NCBI GenBank assembly: GCA_050260455.1
Contig: JBLNCF010000010.1
Coordinates: 37,653-101,652, forward strand
DNA: 64,000 bases
Direction of reading: 5' to 3'
DNA from: Bacillota bacterium
GTDB taxonomy: Bacteria; Patescibacteriota; Minisyncoccia; Phycocordibacterales; Phycocordibacteraceae
The notes beneath the pieces are model-generated. The model did no database searches and was not told the origin of the DNA. It saw only the letters and a list, made by a program, of their open reading frames with translations. Numbering within the stretch: position 1 is the stretch's first letter; each line of letters begins with the position of its first letter. Shown piece after piece: positions 1-9,753 of this stretch. The position numbers were made by a program, and so were the translations under genes.

Positions 1-1005
1 CTGTTTGCCAATCAGATCACGTTCATCCCGTGTCCGGCAGGGAAGATGCGTCGCTACAAGAGTTTTCTTAACTTCACAGATCTCTTTGTGACCATAACCG
101 GTGTGGTGCGCGCACTCATCATGTTGTTCACCATCTACCCGGATGTGGTGGTCTCCAAAGGCGGCTACACGAGTGTACCCGTGACCATCGCAGCAGGAAT
201 CCTCCGTATTCCGGTCATCATTCATGAGTCGGATGCGCATCCCGGTCGCGCAAATCTCCTCGCAGCCAAGCATGCGGCCCGTATCGCAGTTGCGTTCGAC
301 TCATCGCGCGAATATTTCCCTAAGAAAGTCCAGGATCGTATTGCCCGTATCGGTATACCCATTCGTCGTGAACTTATGCTCGTTGATGCAGAGGGTGCAG
401 CAGAGGAGCTTGGCCTCGATCGCTCCATCCCCACCATTCTTATCCTCGGTGGTTCGTCCGGCTCCGCGCGTATCAATGAGATGGTGCTCGGTTCACTTCC
501 TGAATTGGTTTCGTTTGCCAATGTTATCCATCAGACGGGACGTGATTTGTTCAAGGGTGTGGAGGAGACGAGCAAGATCGTCCTCGAGGGCTCCGAACAC
601 AAGGAGCGCTATCATGTCTTTCCGTACTTGAATACGCTTTCTATGCGCCGTGCTGCAGGTGCCGCGACGCTCGTCATCTCACGCGCAGGATCGACCACCA
701 TCACCGAGATCTCACTCTGGCGCAAACCCGCCATCCTCATTCCCATTCCAGAGGCAGTTAGCCACGACCAGCGCATGAACGCATACGCATACGCACACAC
801 GGGGGCAGCTATTGTGCTCGAGGAGGAGAACATGACGCCGCACCTCTTTGCGAACGAAGCGCGCCGCATCGCAACTGACACAACCCTTGCCTCATCAATG
901 AGTCAAAAGGGAGCTGACTTCGCTAATCCCGAAGCTGCTCGCATGATCGCAGAGGAAGTCCTCTCGATCGCGCTTTCGCACGAAGAACCAACTACAACCG
1001 TATGA
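1..1005 (+). CDS. murG: UDP-GlcNAc:lipid I GlcNAc transferase MurG (5' end outside window)
   Basis: Motifs SKGGYTSVP, IHESD..PGRAN, GGSSGS, ISRAGSTT, DQRMNA; frame open from base 1. Confidence 0.93.
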   Translation: MFANQITFIPCPAGKMRRYKSFLNFTDLFVTITGVVRALIMLFTIYPDVVVSKGGYTSVPVTIAAGILRIPVIIHESDAHPGRANLLAAKHAARIAVAFDSSREYFPKKVQDRIARIGIPIRRELMLVDAEGAAEELGLDRSIPTILILGGSSGSARINEMVLGSLPELVSFANVIHQTGRDLFKGVEETSKIVLEGSEHKERYHVFPYLNTLSMRRAAGAATLVISRAGSTTITEISLWRKPAILIPIPEAVSHDQRMNAYAYAHTGAAIVLEEENMTPHLFANEARRIATDTTLASSMSQKGADFANPEAARMIAEEVLSIALSHEEPTTTV

Positions 1006-2423
1006 GCGTCCGCACCCGATTCGCCCCCAGTCCCACCGGCTTCCTCCATGTCGGTGGCCTGCGCACCGCGCTCTTTGCGTGGCTGTTCGCTAAACAAAAC
1101 GGTGGGGAGTTTATTCTGCGCATTGAAGACACGGACCAAGCACGTGAGGTAGAAGGCTCGGCTCTCCACATCATCGAGTGTCTCAAATGGCTTGGGCTTG
1201 ATTACTCCGAAGGCCCAGATATCGGTGGCCCGCATGCACCGTACTATCAGTCCGAGCGTCTGTCGGTATACAAGCGATATGCTGACCAACTCGTAGCGGC
1301 TGGCTTTGCATATCCAGATCCCTATTCAGAGGAAGAAGTGGAAGAACTCCGCAAAAAAGCTGAAGAGGAGAAGCGTCCCTTCTTATACCGCGAGCATCGG
1401 CCCGAAGTTATAGAAGAGTGGGACGGCAGCAAGCCGCTTCGATTCCGGGTGCCTGAAGTAAAACGCTATACCTGGACTGATTTAGTTCGTGGCGAACTCA
1501 CTGCAGGAGAAGAAGCGCTTGATGATTTTGTGCTCATTAAGTCCGACGGGTTCCCCACATACAACTTCGCGCACATTGTGGATGATATTGAGATGGGGAT
1601 CACGCACGTGATGCGTGGCGAGGAATTCATTTCTTCAACTCCAAAGTTCCTTTCGCTCTACGAAGCGCTTGAGGTTGCTCCACCTGCCATCGCTACCATG
1701 CCCGTTATTCTCGGTCCCGATGGAAAGAAGAAACTCTCCAAGCGTGATGGTGCCAAGGATGTTCTCGAGTATCGCGAGGAAGGGTATCTCCCGCAGGCGA
1801 TGCGCAATTTCATGGCACTCATTGGATGGAATCCAGGTACCGATCAGGAAATACTCTCTGACGAAGAGCTCATCGCAGCATTCGATCTCTCACGAGTGCA
1901 GAAGGGTGGCGGTGCGTTTGATGAGCAGAAACTCCTACACATCAATCGAGAATGGATGCGTCGTCTTTCTGACGAAGAGTACCTTCGAGCAGGGAAGCTG
2001 GAGGGTGGCAACCACGAGAGACTCCTCTTAGCCGTGCCTCTCATGAAAGAACGCGCTTCCACATTCAAGGAGGCTCGTGAACTTCTTGCTGGCGAGCTTT
2101 CCTGCCTCTTTTCCGCTCCGCTACTCGATACCGAGCTCCTGGTGTCCAAAGCCTCGCCGGAAGCCACTAAGACCCATCTGGAGGCATTCACGCGCCTTAT
2201 AGAGGGCATTCCGGCATCGCTTGATATCGAAGGAATCAAAGAATCCCTTATGCCGTATGCCGACGCCATCCCGAAAGAGGAGGGTGGCCGTGGTGCTGCG
2301 CTCTGGCCTCTGCGGTATGCACTTTCCGGTCAGGAGCGTTCCCCGGATCCATTCACACTCATCCATATCCTGGGGAAAGATGAAGCGCTCACGCGCATCC
2401 GTACGGCGCTTTCGGCACTGTAA
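1002..2423 (+). CDS. gltX: Glutamate--tRNA ligase
   Basis: RTRFAPSPTGFLHVGG, LRIEDTD, KLSKR; ATGA overlap with murG. Confidence 0.97.
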   Translation: MSVRTRFAPSPTGFLHVGGLRTALFAWLFAKQNGGEFILRIEDTDQAREVEGSALHIIECLKWLGLDYSEGPDIGGPHAPYYQSERLSVYKRYADQLVAAGFAYPDPYSEEEVEELRKKAEEEKRPFLYREHRPEVIEEWDGSKPLRFRVPEVKRYTWTDLVRGELTAGEEALDDFVLIKSDGFPTYNFAHIVDDIEMGITHVMRGEEFISSTPKFLSLYEALEVAPPAIATMPVILGPDGKKKLSKRDGAKDVLEYREEGYLPQAMRNFMALIGWNPGTDQEILSDEELIAAFDLSRVQKGGGAFDEQKLLHINREWMRRLSDEEYLRAGKLEGGNHERLLLAVPLMKERASTFKEARELLAGELSCLFSAPLLDTELLVSKASPEATKTHLEAFTRLIEGIPASLDIEGIKESLMPYADAIPKEEGGRGAALWPLRYALSGQERSPDPFTLIHILGKDEALTRIRTALSAL

Positions 2424-2492
2424 GACTTAGCCGCGTCACGCGGCTTCATGCATGTGTTTCGCAAACCGCACGCGCCCGGTATACTGAATGCA

Positions 2493-3758
2493 ATGCAGGG
2501 ACGTTCTCTTGTTTTCGTATCCATCCTGCTCGCCTTATCCATCTTCGTTGTAGGACCATTCGCGTCCGGAGTGCATGCGCAGACGACAGCGGAGATCCAG
2601 CAGCAGATAGCCGAGCACAACAAGAAGATCGCTGATCTCGATGCCGAGATCGCACAGTATCAGAAGCAGCTCGACGCGCTCGGGTCGCAGCATGCGACGC
2701 TTGCCACCTCCATTAAGTCTTTAGACACCCAACGCAAAGCGCTCACTACCAAGATTCAGTCGCTCCAGCAGCAAATAGGTAAATTGAATCTTGAAATACG
2801 CCAGCTCGGTGGACAAATTGCAGACAAAGAGCAGTCGATCAGTCTCAATAAACGGACGATTGCCCAGTCTTTACGCGATATAGATCAGACCGATACTCGC
2901 TCCATGATTGAGCAGGTGTTCTCTTCAAGAGATCTGGGTGAGCTCTGGGTGGCCGTAGACACTTCCATGACGCTCAATGAGGCCCTTCGTGATCACACCA
3001 CTGAACTAGCACAGGTGAAGCAACAACTTGCCGATCAGCAGCAGCAGGTATCGCAGACCCAGCAGAAGTTGGTCTCGGTAACTACCGATCTCGGCACCCA
3101 AAAGAAAGCCGTGGATGTCACGGTCTCGCAAAAGAATGCGCTTCTTACCCAGACCAAGAATCAGGAGGCTTCCTATCAGAAGCTCATCGCACAGAAGCGT
3201 GCCGAACAAGCATCGTTCGAGGCTGCACTCTACCAGCTTTCTCTCAAACTCAAGGCAGCTGACAACACTAAGATTCCTGCGAAGGGGAAGGGTGTCCTTG
3301 CCTGGCCGCTCGACCACATCACGATCACCCAGTACTTCGGTAAGACCACTGATTCAGGCCGACTCTATGCGAACGGTACCCACAACGGTGTGGACTTTGC
3401 CGCCGCCATCGGTACGCCGGTCCATGCCGCTCTTGCCGGAACCGTGGTTGAGATCAATCAGGGTGCGGTCCAGAACTGTCAGTACGGTAAGTGGGTGCTG
3501 GTCAAACACGCTAACGGGTTAAGTACCCTCTACGCCCATCTCTCCCAGATATCGGTAGCCAAAGGCCAGACGGTCTCAACAGGGCAGGTCCTGGGGTACT
3601 CCGGCATGACCGGCTACGCCACCGGTCCACACCTCCATCTCACCGTCTACAACTCAAGCTCGGTGAGCTTCACTAATTACCAATGTAAGAGCGGATATAC
3701 CGTCTACATTCCGATTGCACCGCCGAACGGATATCTCGATCCGCTAGCGTACTTGTAA
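2493..3758 (+). CDS. Secreted coiled-coil + M23 metallopeptidase (EnvC/NlpD-like)
   Basis: Signal peptide, long Gln-rich coiled coil, HNGVDF, LYAHLS, GPHLH; start placed 7 nt after TATACT. Confidence 0.88.
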   Translation: MQGRSLVFVSILLALSIFVVGPFASGVHAQTTAEIQQQIAEHNKKIADLDAEIAQYQKQLDALGSQHATLATSIKSLDTQRKALTTKIQSLQQQIGKLNLEIRQLGGQIADKEQSISLNKRTIAQSLRDIDQTDTRSMIEQVFSSRDLGELWVAVDTSMTLNEALRDHTTELAQVKQQLADQQQQVSQTQQKLVSVTTDLGTQKKAVDVTVSQKNALLTQTKNQEASYQKLIAQKRAEQASFEAALYQLSLKLKAADNTKIPAKGKGVLAWPLDHITITQYFGKTTDSGRLYANGTHNGVDFAAAIGTPVHAALAGTVVEINQGAVQNCQYGKWVLVKHANGLSTLYAHLSQISVAKGQTVSTGQVLGYSGMTGYATGPHLHLTVYNSSSVSFTNYQCKSGYTVYIPIAPPNGYLDPLAYL

Positions 3759-3996
3759 CGAGTGCTGCGGGGAAGATGAAGTCTTCACCTCCGCTTCATG
3801 TGAGCTTCATTGTTTCTGCTATTTAATACACCTGGTATATCCATCTACATCGGAACCGTTATAGGCGGCGCGCTTGGGAAACTACGATGAAGGAAAGGCC
3901 ACACTCCTATCACTGTCCAGTCGGATGAGGAATTCGCGGGTTCTTTTGCCTCGCGTGCATTATTACTCCCATTTCCGCTTGCCTAACTTAATACGT

Positions 3997-6900
3997 ATGT
4001 ATAAGCCTACTCTCGTGCACGCTCGCACGCTCGTGAGCATGGTTGCTGTAGTGGCTCTGTTGGCTTCCTTCACCACAGGTTCCATTTCGGCGCCCCGTGT
4101 CCATGCGGACGAATTAGCCACCTCAACACCAGTAACCGATACGGCTACCTCGACCGATTCTCCTCTTGCTACTGACCCGACCGCGACCACAACGGAGATC
4201 GGATCTTCGACCCCCGCTGTCGCTAGTTCGACAGACGTATCGGTAGTACCGGCCATCGAGTCCACTTCGTCTTCTTCCGGTTCGACCGACACGATTCAAC
4301 CTGTGGCGACCGCTACACTATCGACCGATCAGGACAACTACCATCCCGGCTCGGTTGCCACCATCTTCGGGAATGCATTCACGCCGCTTCAGGAATTCCT
4401 GGTAAAGGTATTCGGAAGCGATGAAAATGATCAGCAGTACACGGAATCCGTGACTCATGTCACTAGCGATTCATCAGGTGCGTTTTCGACGACCTATAGT
4501 CTCGATTCCATCTACCGACCCTTCTATGACGTGGTCGCATCGACCCTGAATGGAGAAACCCTGGCTCATACGCTATTCAGGGATTCCAGCGTTGGAACCT
4601 ATGACCAGTGCGCCAATGATGACGGGGACGGCTATGCTTCGGGTGACACCGGTTGTCGTTGGACTAATGGAAATCTACAGAGCAATAACTCGACATATCA
4701 CGAAGGGGATTCGACGGTACAGCGCGTATGGATCAAAGGTTATGCACCGGGAAGCACGCACACGCTAACCTTCCAGTACGACACGACCAAAGGGGGAAAG
4801 CATGCCTATGACTTCCTCACCTCATGGAATGCATCGGAGTCCTGGATTACCGAGGCAGATCTCTGCCAGGCCATTACCGGCTGCGTAGGGAAGGCGGAGA
4901 CAACGACGCCGGTCCCGCATGATCCGAATGGTTCCGGTGCGTATGAGTCTGGTACGCGCAACTTCGTTATGCGCGGCGGAACCCTTACCGGTGCATCAAG
5001 TCCGACCGTGAGCGGCTCGTACGCAGGCGATAGTGACACCTCGATCACCGTCACGTTCACCGTCGATCCTTCTGGCTCCATGTGTTCCACCAAGAGCGGA
5101 GTGACCAGCTGTGACGTAGCACTCTTCTTCGGTGCACATATCTCAAAGAGCAGCGACTGGGGAGCGGGCACCACAGCCGTGAGTATTTCCGGTTCCCCGT
5201 ACCACGTGGCGCTTGCGGCAGAGGACGGCGCCTCCATTGGGCAGCGTGATAACCAGATGCAGGCAAACGCCATCGTGCTTCCCAACACCATCACCATTCA
5301 CAAGATCATGGTGGGCGGTACGGACACCTTCACCTTCACCGGTACGCCAAGTGGCACCATAAGCACCAGCACTGGCACCCTCACAGCTTCACCGGCAAGT
5401 GGTGCAGGGTCGGTCACTGAATCCACACTTTCTGGGTGGAACCTCACGGGCCTTACATGCGCAACCTCGACTGGAGGTGCAACTGCCACACCTAACCTAG
5501 GAACCCGAACAGTGAATTACTCCATGCCAGCAGCAGGAGGAGGTGTCGTGGATTGTACGTTCACGAATACCCGGCAGCAGGCACATCTGACTCTCGTAAA
5601 AGCTGTGGTGAACGATAACGGGGGTACGGCAAGCACCACCGACTGGACACTGGCAGCGGTCGGACCTACTTCCCTTAGTGGATCGAGTGGTACTACAGCC
5701 GTAACCAACGCTGCAGTTGATGCAGGCACGTACTCTCTTTCGGAGAGTGGAGGTCCCACCGGCTACGCATCTTCCACCTGGAGCTGTGTTACGAACGGTG
5801 GGGCAGCGGTACCCGGCTCATCTCTAACGCTCGGTGCAGGCGATACCGCGACCTGTACGATCACCAACGATGATATCGCGCCCTCGCTCACGCTCGTAAA
5901 GCAGGTAAGTAACACGCATGGAGGTACGGCAAGCACCACCGACTGGACACTCTCCGCCACTGGTTCCTCAACCATTTCCGGCGCAGGTGGCGCTACAAGT
6001 TCTTCTACCTTCCAAGCAGGCACTTACACGCTTGCCGAGTCGACGGGACCTGCCCACTACACCCCAGGTGATTGGGTATGTGCGGGTGACGTAACGAATA
6101 GTGGCACGTCTATCACTCTCGGTGTGGGACAGAGTGCAATCTGCACTATCACGAACTCGGATGAGCCGGCTCACCTCACGGTTATCAAACATGTAGTGAA
6201 CGATAACGGAGGTACCCTGGGCGCTTCTGACTTCACCATGCAGGTGACTGGCACCGGAGTCTCATCCGCTTCATTCCCTGGCGCAGAAGCATCCGGTACC
6301 GCCATTACGCTTGACGCCGGCAGTTACAACGTAGACGAAGCTTCGACCACCGGATACGCGAAGACGATAGGGACGGACTGTTCTGGCACGATAGCTATGG
6401 GTGAGAGCAAGACCTGCACTATTACGAACAACGACATCGCTCCTTCGCTTACGCTCAATAAGATCACCTCGTACACGCATGGCGGTACGGCACCCGAGTC
6501 CTCATGGACGCTCACAGCCGACGGGGGTAGCGCAGGCACCTTATCGGGGCCAGGTGCGACCGGAAGTACAGATGTAGTCAGCACCACAACCTTCAAAGCA
6601 GGGACCTATAGCCTCTCCGAGAGTGCGGCACCAACCGGATACGCAAACGGCGCGTCCTTCAGCTGTATCAAGAATGGCGCAGCACCAGTCTTGGGCAACA
6701 GCATCACGCTTGCGGTCGGGGACATGGCAACATGTTCGATCACGAACACGGATATTGCACCCAGCCTGACCGTGATAAAGCACGTGATAAATGATGACGG
6801 AGACACTGCGGTCGCAAGCGACTTCACCATGCACGTGACGGGCACCAACGTATCGACCACTTCCTTCACAGGGAGTGAGAGTGGTGTAACCGTATCGCTG

Positions 6901-7479
6901 AATGCGGGTTCCTACACCGTAGACGAGGTGTCAAACGCAGGATACGCGAAGACATTGAGTGCCGACTGTTCGGGAACAATAGCGGTAGGTGAGAGTAAGA
7001 CCTGCACCATCACCAATAATGATCTTCCGCACGCGACACGTACGCTGGGCTTCTGGCAAACGCACACTGCGTACACCACGACGACCTTTGGTTCGAACGA
7101 CTGGTTACTCGGCACTAAGCATGTAGATTCCGTATCTAAGCTTCTGGCCGGGTTCTACGCCAGCATCCCAAAGACTACGACAAATACGAAGCGTTCGGCT
7201 CTGGATCAAGCTCGCATGCAGATGCTGCAGCAGTGGCTCGCGGCGAAGCTTAACTGCACCGCATTCGGGTGCAGCATAGCTACCCAGACCCTACTCACAA
7301 ACGCAGCAACAGCATGGAGCGGCACGAGTGCAAGCACCATCCTCTCGTACGCTTCCCAGCTCGACGCGTATAACAACAGTAATGATGCACTCCCCATCAG
7401 TGCCCAGGGGAAGGCAACTCCGTCTAGTTCACAGACGACAGCTGCGGCAAGCTTGAGCTACTGGAACGTGCTTCCATAA
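3997..7479 (+). CDS. Large secreted Thr/Ser-rich adhesin-like protein with six Cys-paired Ig/prealbumin-like repeats
   Basis: Signal peptide ending VHA; repeats LTLxK..N..GGT...C...CTITNxD; start uncertain (ORF open from 3874). Confidence 0.75.
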   Translation: MYKPTLVHARTLVSMVAVVALLASFTTGSISAPRVHADELATSTPVTDTATSTDSPLATDPTATTTEIGSSTPAVASSTDVSVVPAIESTSSSSGSTDTIQPVATATLSTDQDNYHPGSVATIFGNAFTPLQEFLVKVFGSDENDQQYTESVTHVTSDSSGAFSTTYSLDSIYRPFYDVVASTLNGETLAHTLFRDSSVGTYDQCANDDGDGYASGDTGCRWTNGNLQSNNSTYHEGDSTVQRVWIKGYAPGSTHTLTFQYDTTKGGKHAYDFLTSWNASESWITEADLCQAITGCVGKAETTTPVPHDPNGSGAYESGTRNFVMRGGTLTGASSPTVSGSYAGDSDTSITVTFTVDPSGSMCSTKSGVTSCDVALFFGAHISKSSDWGAGTTAVSISGSPYHVALAAEDGASIGQRDNQMQANAIVLPNTITIHKIMVGGTDTFTFTGTPSGTISTSTGTLTASPASGAGSVTESTLSGWNLTGLTCATSTGGATATPNLGTRTVNYSMPAAGGGVVDCTFTNTRQQAHLTLVKAVVNDNGGTASTTDWTLAAVGPTSLSGSSGTTAVTNAAVDAGTYSLSESGGPTGYASSTWSCVTNGGAAVPGSSLTLGAGDTATCTITNDDIAPSLTLVKQVSNTHGGTASTTDWTLSATGSSTISGAGGATSSSTFQAGTYTLAESTGPAHYTPGDWVCAGDVTNSGTSITLGVGQSAICTITNSDEPAHLTVIKHVVNDNGGTLGASDFTMQVTGTGVSSASFPGAEASGTAITLDAGSYNVDEASTTGYAKTIGTDCSGTIAMGESKTCTITNNDIAPSLTLNKITSYTHGGTAPESSWTLTADGGSAGTLSGPGATGSTDVVSTTTFKAGTYSLSESAAPTGYANGASFSCIKNGAAPVLGNSITLAVGDMATCSITNTDIAPSLTVIKHVINDDGDTAVASDFTMHVTGTNVSTTSFTGSESGVTVSLNAGSYTVDEVSNAGYAKTLSADCSGTIAVGESKTCTITNNDLPHATRTLGFWQTHTAYTTTTFGSNDWLLGTKHVDSVSKLLAGFYASIPKTTTNTKRSALDQARMQMLQQWLAAKLNCTAFGCSIATQTLLTNAATAWSGTSASTILSYASQLDAYNNSNDALPISAQGKATPSSSQTTAAASLSYWNVLP
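5623..5951 (+). repeat. 29-bp exact direct repeat GGTACGGCAAGCACCACCGACTGGACACT, 300 bp apart
   Basis: Copies at 5623-5651 and 5923-5951 within adhesin repeats. Confidence 0.9.
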
Positions 7480-7498
7480 CCTGAAGTGAAGACTTCAC

Positions 7499-7527
7499 AA
7501 AAGACCCTGTATTTACAGGGTCTTTTT
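7499..7527. terminator. Intrinsic terminator
   Basis: AAAAGACCCTGTA-tt-TACAGGGTCTTTTT. Confidence 0.8.
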
Positions 7528-7579
7528 GTTACTATGACGGGGATAGTAGTCCCGTTTGTGGGATTAAAATGAGGATATA

Positions 7580-8626
7580 ATGAAGCGCAAGCTCACGGTT
7601 AAGAATCCATCTCTTGTGCTCGCGGGAGAGTTCGCTGCATTCGGTGCTGGAGCGGTCATTCTTCTCGTGTTTATCGCTTCAACACTCGACGCCTCATTAG
7701 TCCAAAACGGCCAGCAGGCAGCCGTGGTTACTTCCGTCCTTGCCGATCTCACGAATTCCGATCGTGAACTCAACCACGTTCCAGACCTGAAGGTGAGTCC
7801 GACGCTTACGCAAATCGCCCAGATGAAGGCGAACGACATGGCGGCAAAAGGGTACTTCTCGCACGATACGCCTGACGGAAAGACTCCCTGGTACTGGTTC
7901 AAACTTGGCGGATACGCATTCCGATATGCGGGAGAGAACCTCGCAGTGGATTTTAGTGATTCCGCGGATGTGGAGCGCGCCTGGATGAAATCACCGACCC
8001 ACCGAGAGAACATTCTCAACGGGAACTATACCGAGATTGGCATCGCAACTGCTGTAGGCATGTACCAAGGCCACCGCACTATCTTTGTCGTCCAGGAATT
8101 CGGTACTCCGGTACATACTTCAACAGTGACGGGCACCACACCTCCAGCACGAGTAGCAACAGCACCAAAACCATTCCAAACGACTTCCACACCCACCAAG
8201 ACCGTACCCACCAACCCCAAGAAATCACCAGTCCACTCCACTACGGCAATCAAACCTGCAGCAACCACCACCCTGGCTGTTACGGAACCTACTCCAACCT
8301 CCACCGTACTAGGCAGCACAGCAGATGAACTCCCGCTCGCTGAGACTGCGCCCTATGCATCGAGTCGGTTCGATGCACTATTAAACGTATTTGCAGCATC
8401 GCCACGCACCACAATGCAGTACGCCTACTACCTATTCGCGTTCCTGATCATGATCGCGATCTTGGTTGAGACCGGATTCGAGGTTCACAAACGACACGTG
8501 AAGCATGTGGTATTCGCGGTCACGCTTATGGTCCTCATGGGCACCCTCTTCTTTGCGGCGGAGGGTCTGGTGTTCGGGAAGCCAGTGATTGTCGACAGTG
8601 GGGGAGTCGTTGCCGGTGCCTCATAG
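7580..8626 (+). CDS. CAP/SCP domain membrane protein
   Basis: AQMKANDMAAKGYFSH, AGENLA, WMKSPTHRENIL; Thr/Pro linker; C-terminal TM helices. Confidence 0.9.
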   Translation: MKRKLTVKNPSLVLAGEFAAFGAGAVILLVFIASTLDASLVQNGQQAAVVTSVLADLTNSDRELNHVPDLKVSPTLTQIAQMKANDMAAKGYFSHDTPDGKTPWYWFKLGGYAFRYAGENLAVDFSDSADVERAWMKSPTHRENILNGNYTEIGIATAVGMYQGHRTIFVVQEFGTPVHTSTVTGTTPPARVATAPKPFQTTSTPTKTVPTNPKKSPVHSTTAIKPAATTTLAVTEPTPTSTVLGSTADELPLAETAPYASSRFDALLNVFAASPRTTMQYAYYLFAFLIMIAILVETGFEVHKRHVKHVVFAVTLMVLMGTLFFAAEGLVFGKPVIVDSGGVVAGAS

Positions 8627-8642
8627 GGTATACTGACCCTAT

Positions 8643-8843
8643 ATGGTCCGATTCCTCATCATCCTCGCCATTCTGGTGCTCGCCCTCTCGTTCTTCGGCA
8701 TCTCCATCCGTACTATCGTCGAATCACCGACCGGAAGGGACAATTTTGCCTTCATTTGGCAGATCGTGAAGACCGGATGGGGTATCTTGGTCGGCTGGTT
8801 TTATATCCTGGTTGGTCTCATCCAAGCAGCGATTCCGGGGTAG
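8643..8843 (+). CDS. Small membrane protein
   Basis: 66 aa, two hydrophobic helices; TATACT 8 nt upstream. Confidence 0.65.
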   Translation: MVRFLIILAILVLALSFFGISIRTIVESPTGRDNFAFIWQIVKTGWGILVGWFYILVGLIQAAIPG

Positions 8844-8877
8844 GGAAGGACGACCACATTCTTGCCGGGTTTGTCCA

Positions 8878-8903
8878 ATATATGGCTTTATAAAGCCATA
8901 TAT
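8878..8903. promoter_or_regulatory. Perfect 26-bp palindrome ATATATGGCTTTATAAAGCCATATAT
   Basis: Exact self-complementary sequence in an intergenic region. Confidence 0.6.
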
Positions 8904-8985
8904 CTCGTATAAGGCCAGAGGAAAACAGGGGTTGACGGGCCTGAAAATCGGGTGAGGAGATTGTATGGTCCGGCTTCATCAGATA

Positions 8986-9014
8986 TTGACAAAAGGGAGC
9001 AAACCTGCTAATAT
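8986..9014 (+). promoter_or_regulatory. sigma70 promoter TTGACA-17-TAATAT with extended TG
   Basis: Consensus match upstream of the 3D-domain gene. Confidence 0.65.
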
Positions 9015-9045
9015 GGCCTTACGAGGCCGTTTTACGGTCTCCCCT

Positions 9046-9669
9046 ATGAATTTACTTGCAACAGCCCTAGTAATGGGGATTCTTTTTTTGCCAGGTAGCA
9101 CAGGACAAGTTGCTCACGTGGAAGCCTCCACGACCCAGAGCACCTCGTCCAGCGCCGCCGGTGAAGAACCTTCCCCTAGGAAGGTGGCTACTGCCCGCGA
9201 AGTAGCCACCGCCTCCTACCAGGTGACGCTCACCGCATATAATGCCGTCCCTTCGCAAACGGATAATAACCCCTCCGTTACTGCAAGTGGCGCCCGTTCT
9301 AACTCGGAAGTTATCGCAGCTCGATCGCAAGATCTTGCCCAGGAACTTCCGTTCGGAACGGTGGTGAAGCTCACACGTGTCGCTGATGACTCGCCTTCAT
9401 GTCGCTTCCATCAAGTGGAAGAGCTCATTGGGTATCGCGTTATCGCCGACACGATGAATGCTCGCTTCACTAAACGCGTGGACGTCGAGCTCGACACTTC
9501 TGACAAAGTTACTGTCGAAGGTCGCGCCGTAAATCCTGCCGTCGCGGTTGGTGTGTGTGGCCACGTGAAGGTGACCGTCGTCGGTCAGCTTCCGGTCTCA
9601 CGCATCCCGAAGACACAGACCGAACTCGCAAGTCTGTTTGCTCCGAAGGAGCTCGCAATCAATAGGTAA
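9046..9669 (+). CDS. Secreted 3D-domain (MltA-like) protein
   Basis: VTLTAYN...TASG...IAA...LPFGTVV...ADTMN...VDV; signal peptide; start placed downstream of the promoter. Confidence 0.75.
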   Translation: MNLLATALVMGILFLPGSTGQVAHVEASTTQSTSSSAAGEEPSPRKVATAREVATASYQVTLTAYNAVPSQTDNNPSVTASGARSNSEVIAARSQDLAQELPFGTVVKLTRVADDSPSCRFHQVEELIGYRVIADTMNARFTKRVDVELDTSDKVTVEGRAVNPAVAVGVCGHVKVTVVGQLPVSRIPKTQTELASLFAPKELAINR

Positions 9670-9753
9670 GAAAGCGACGTACAGAACGTCTTCATGAAGC
9701 CGGAGTCATACTCCGGCTTCGGACGTTTTATATTTTGATATACTGACCTCGAT

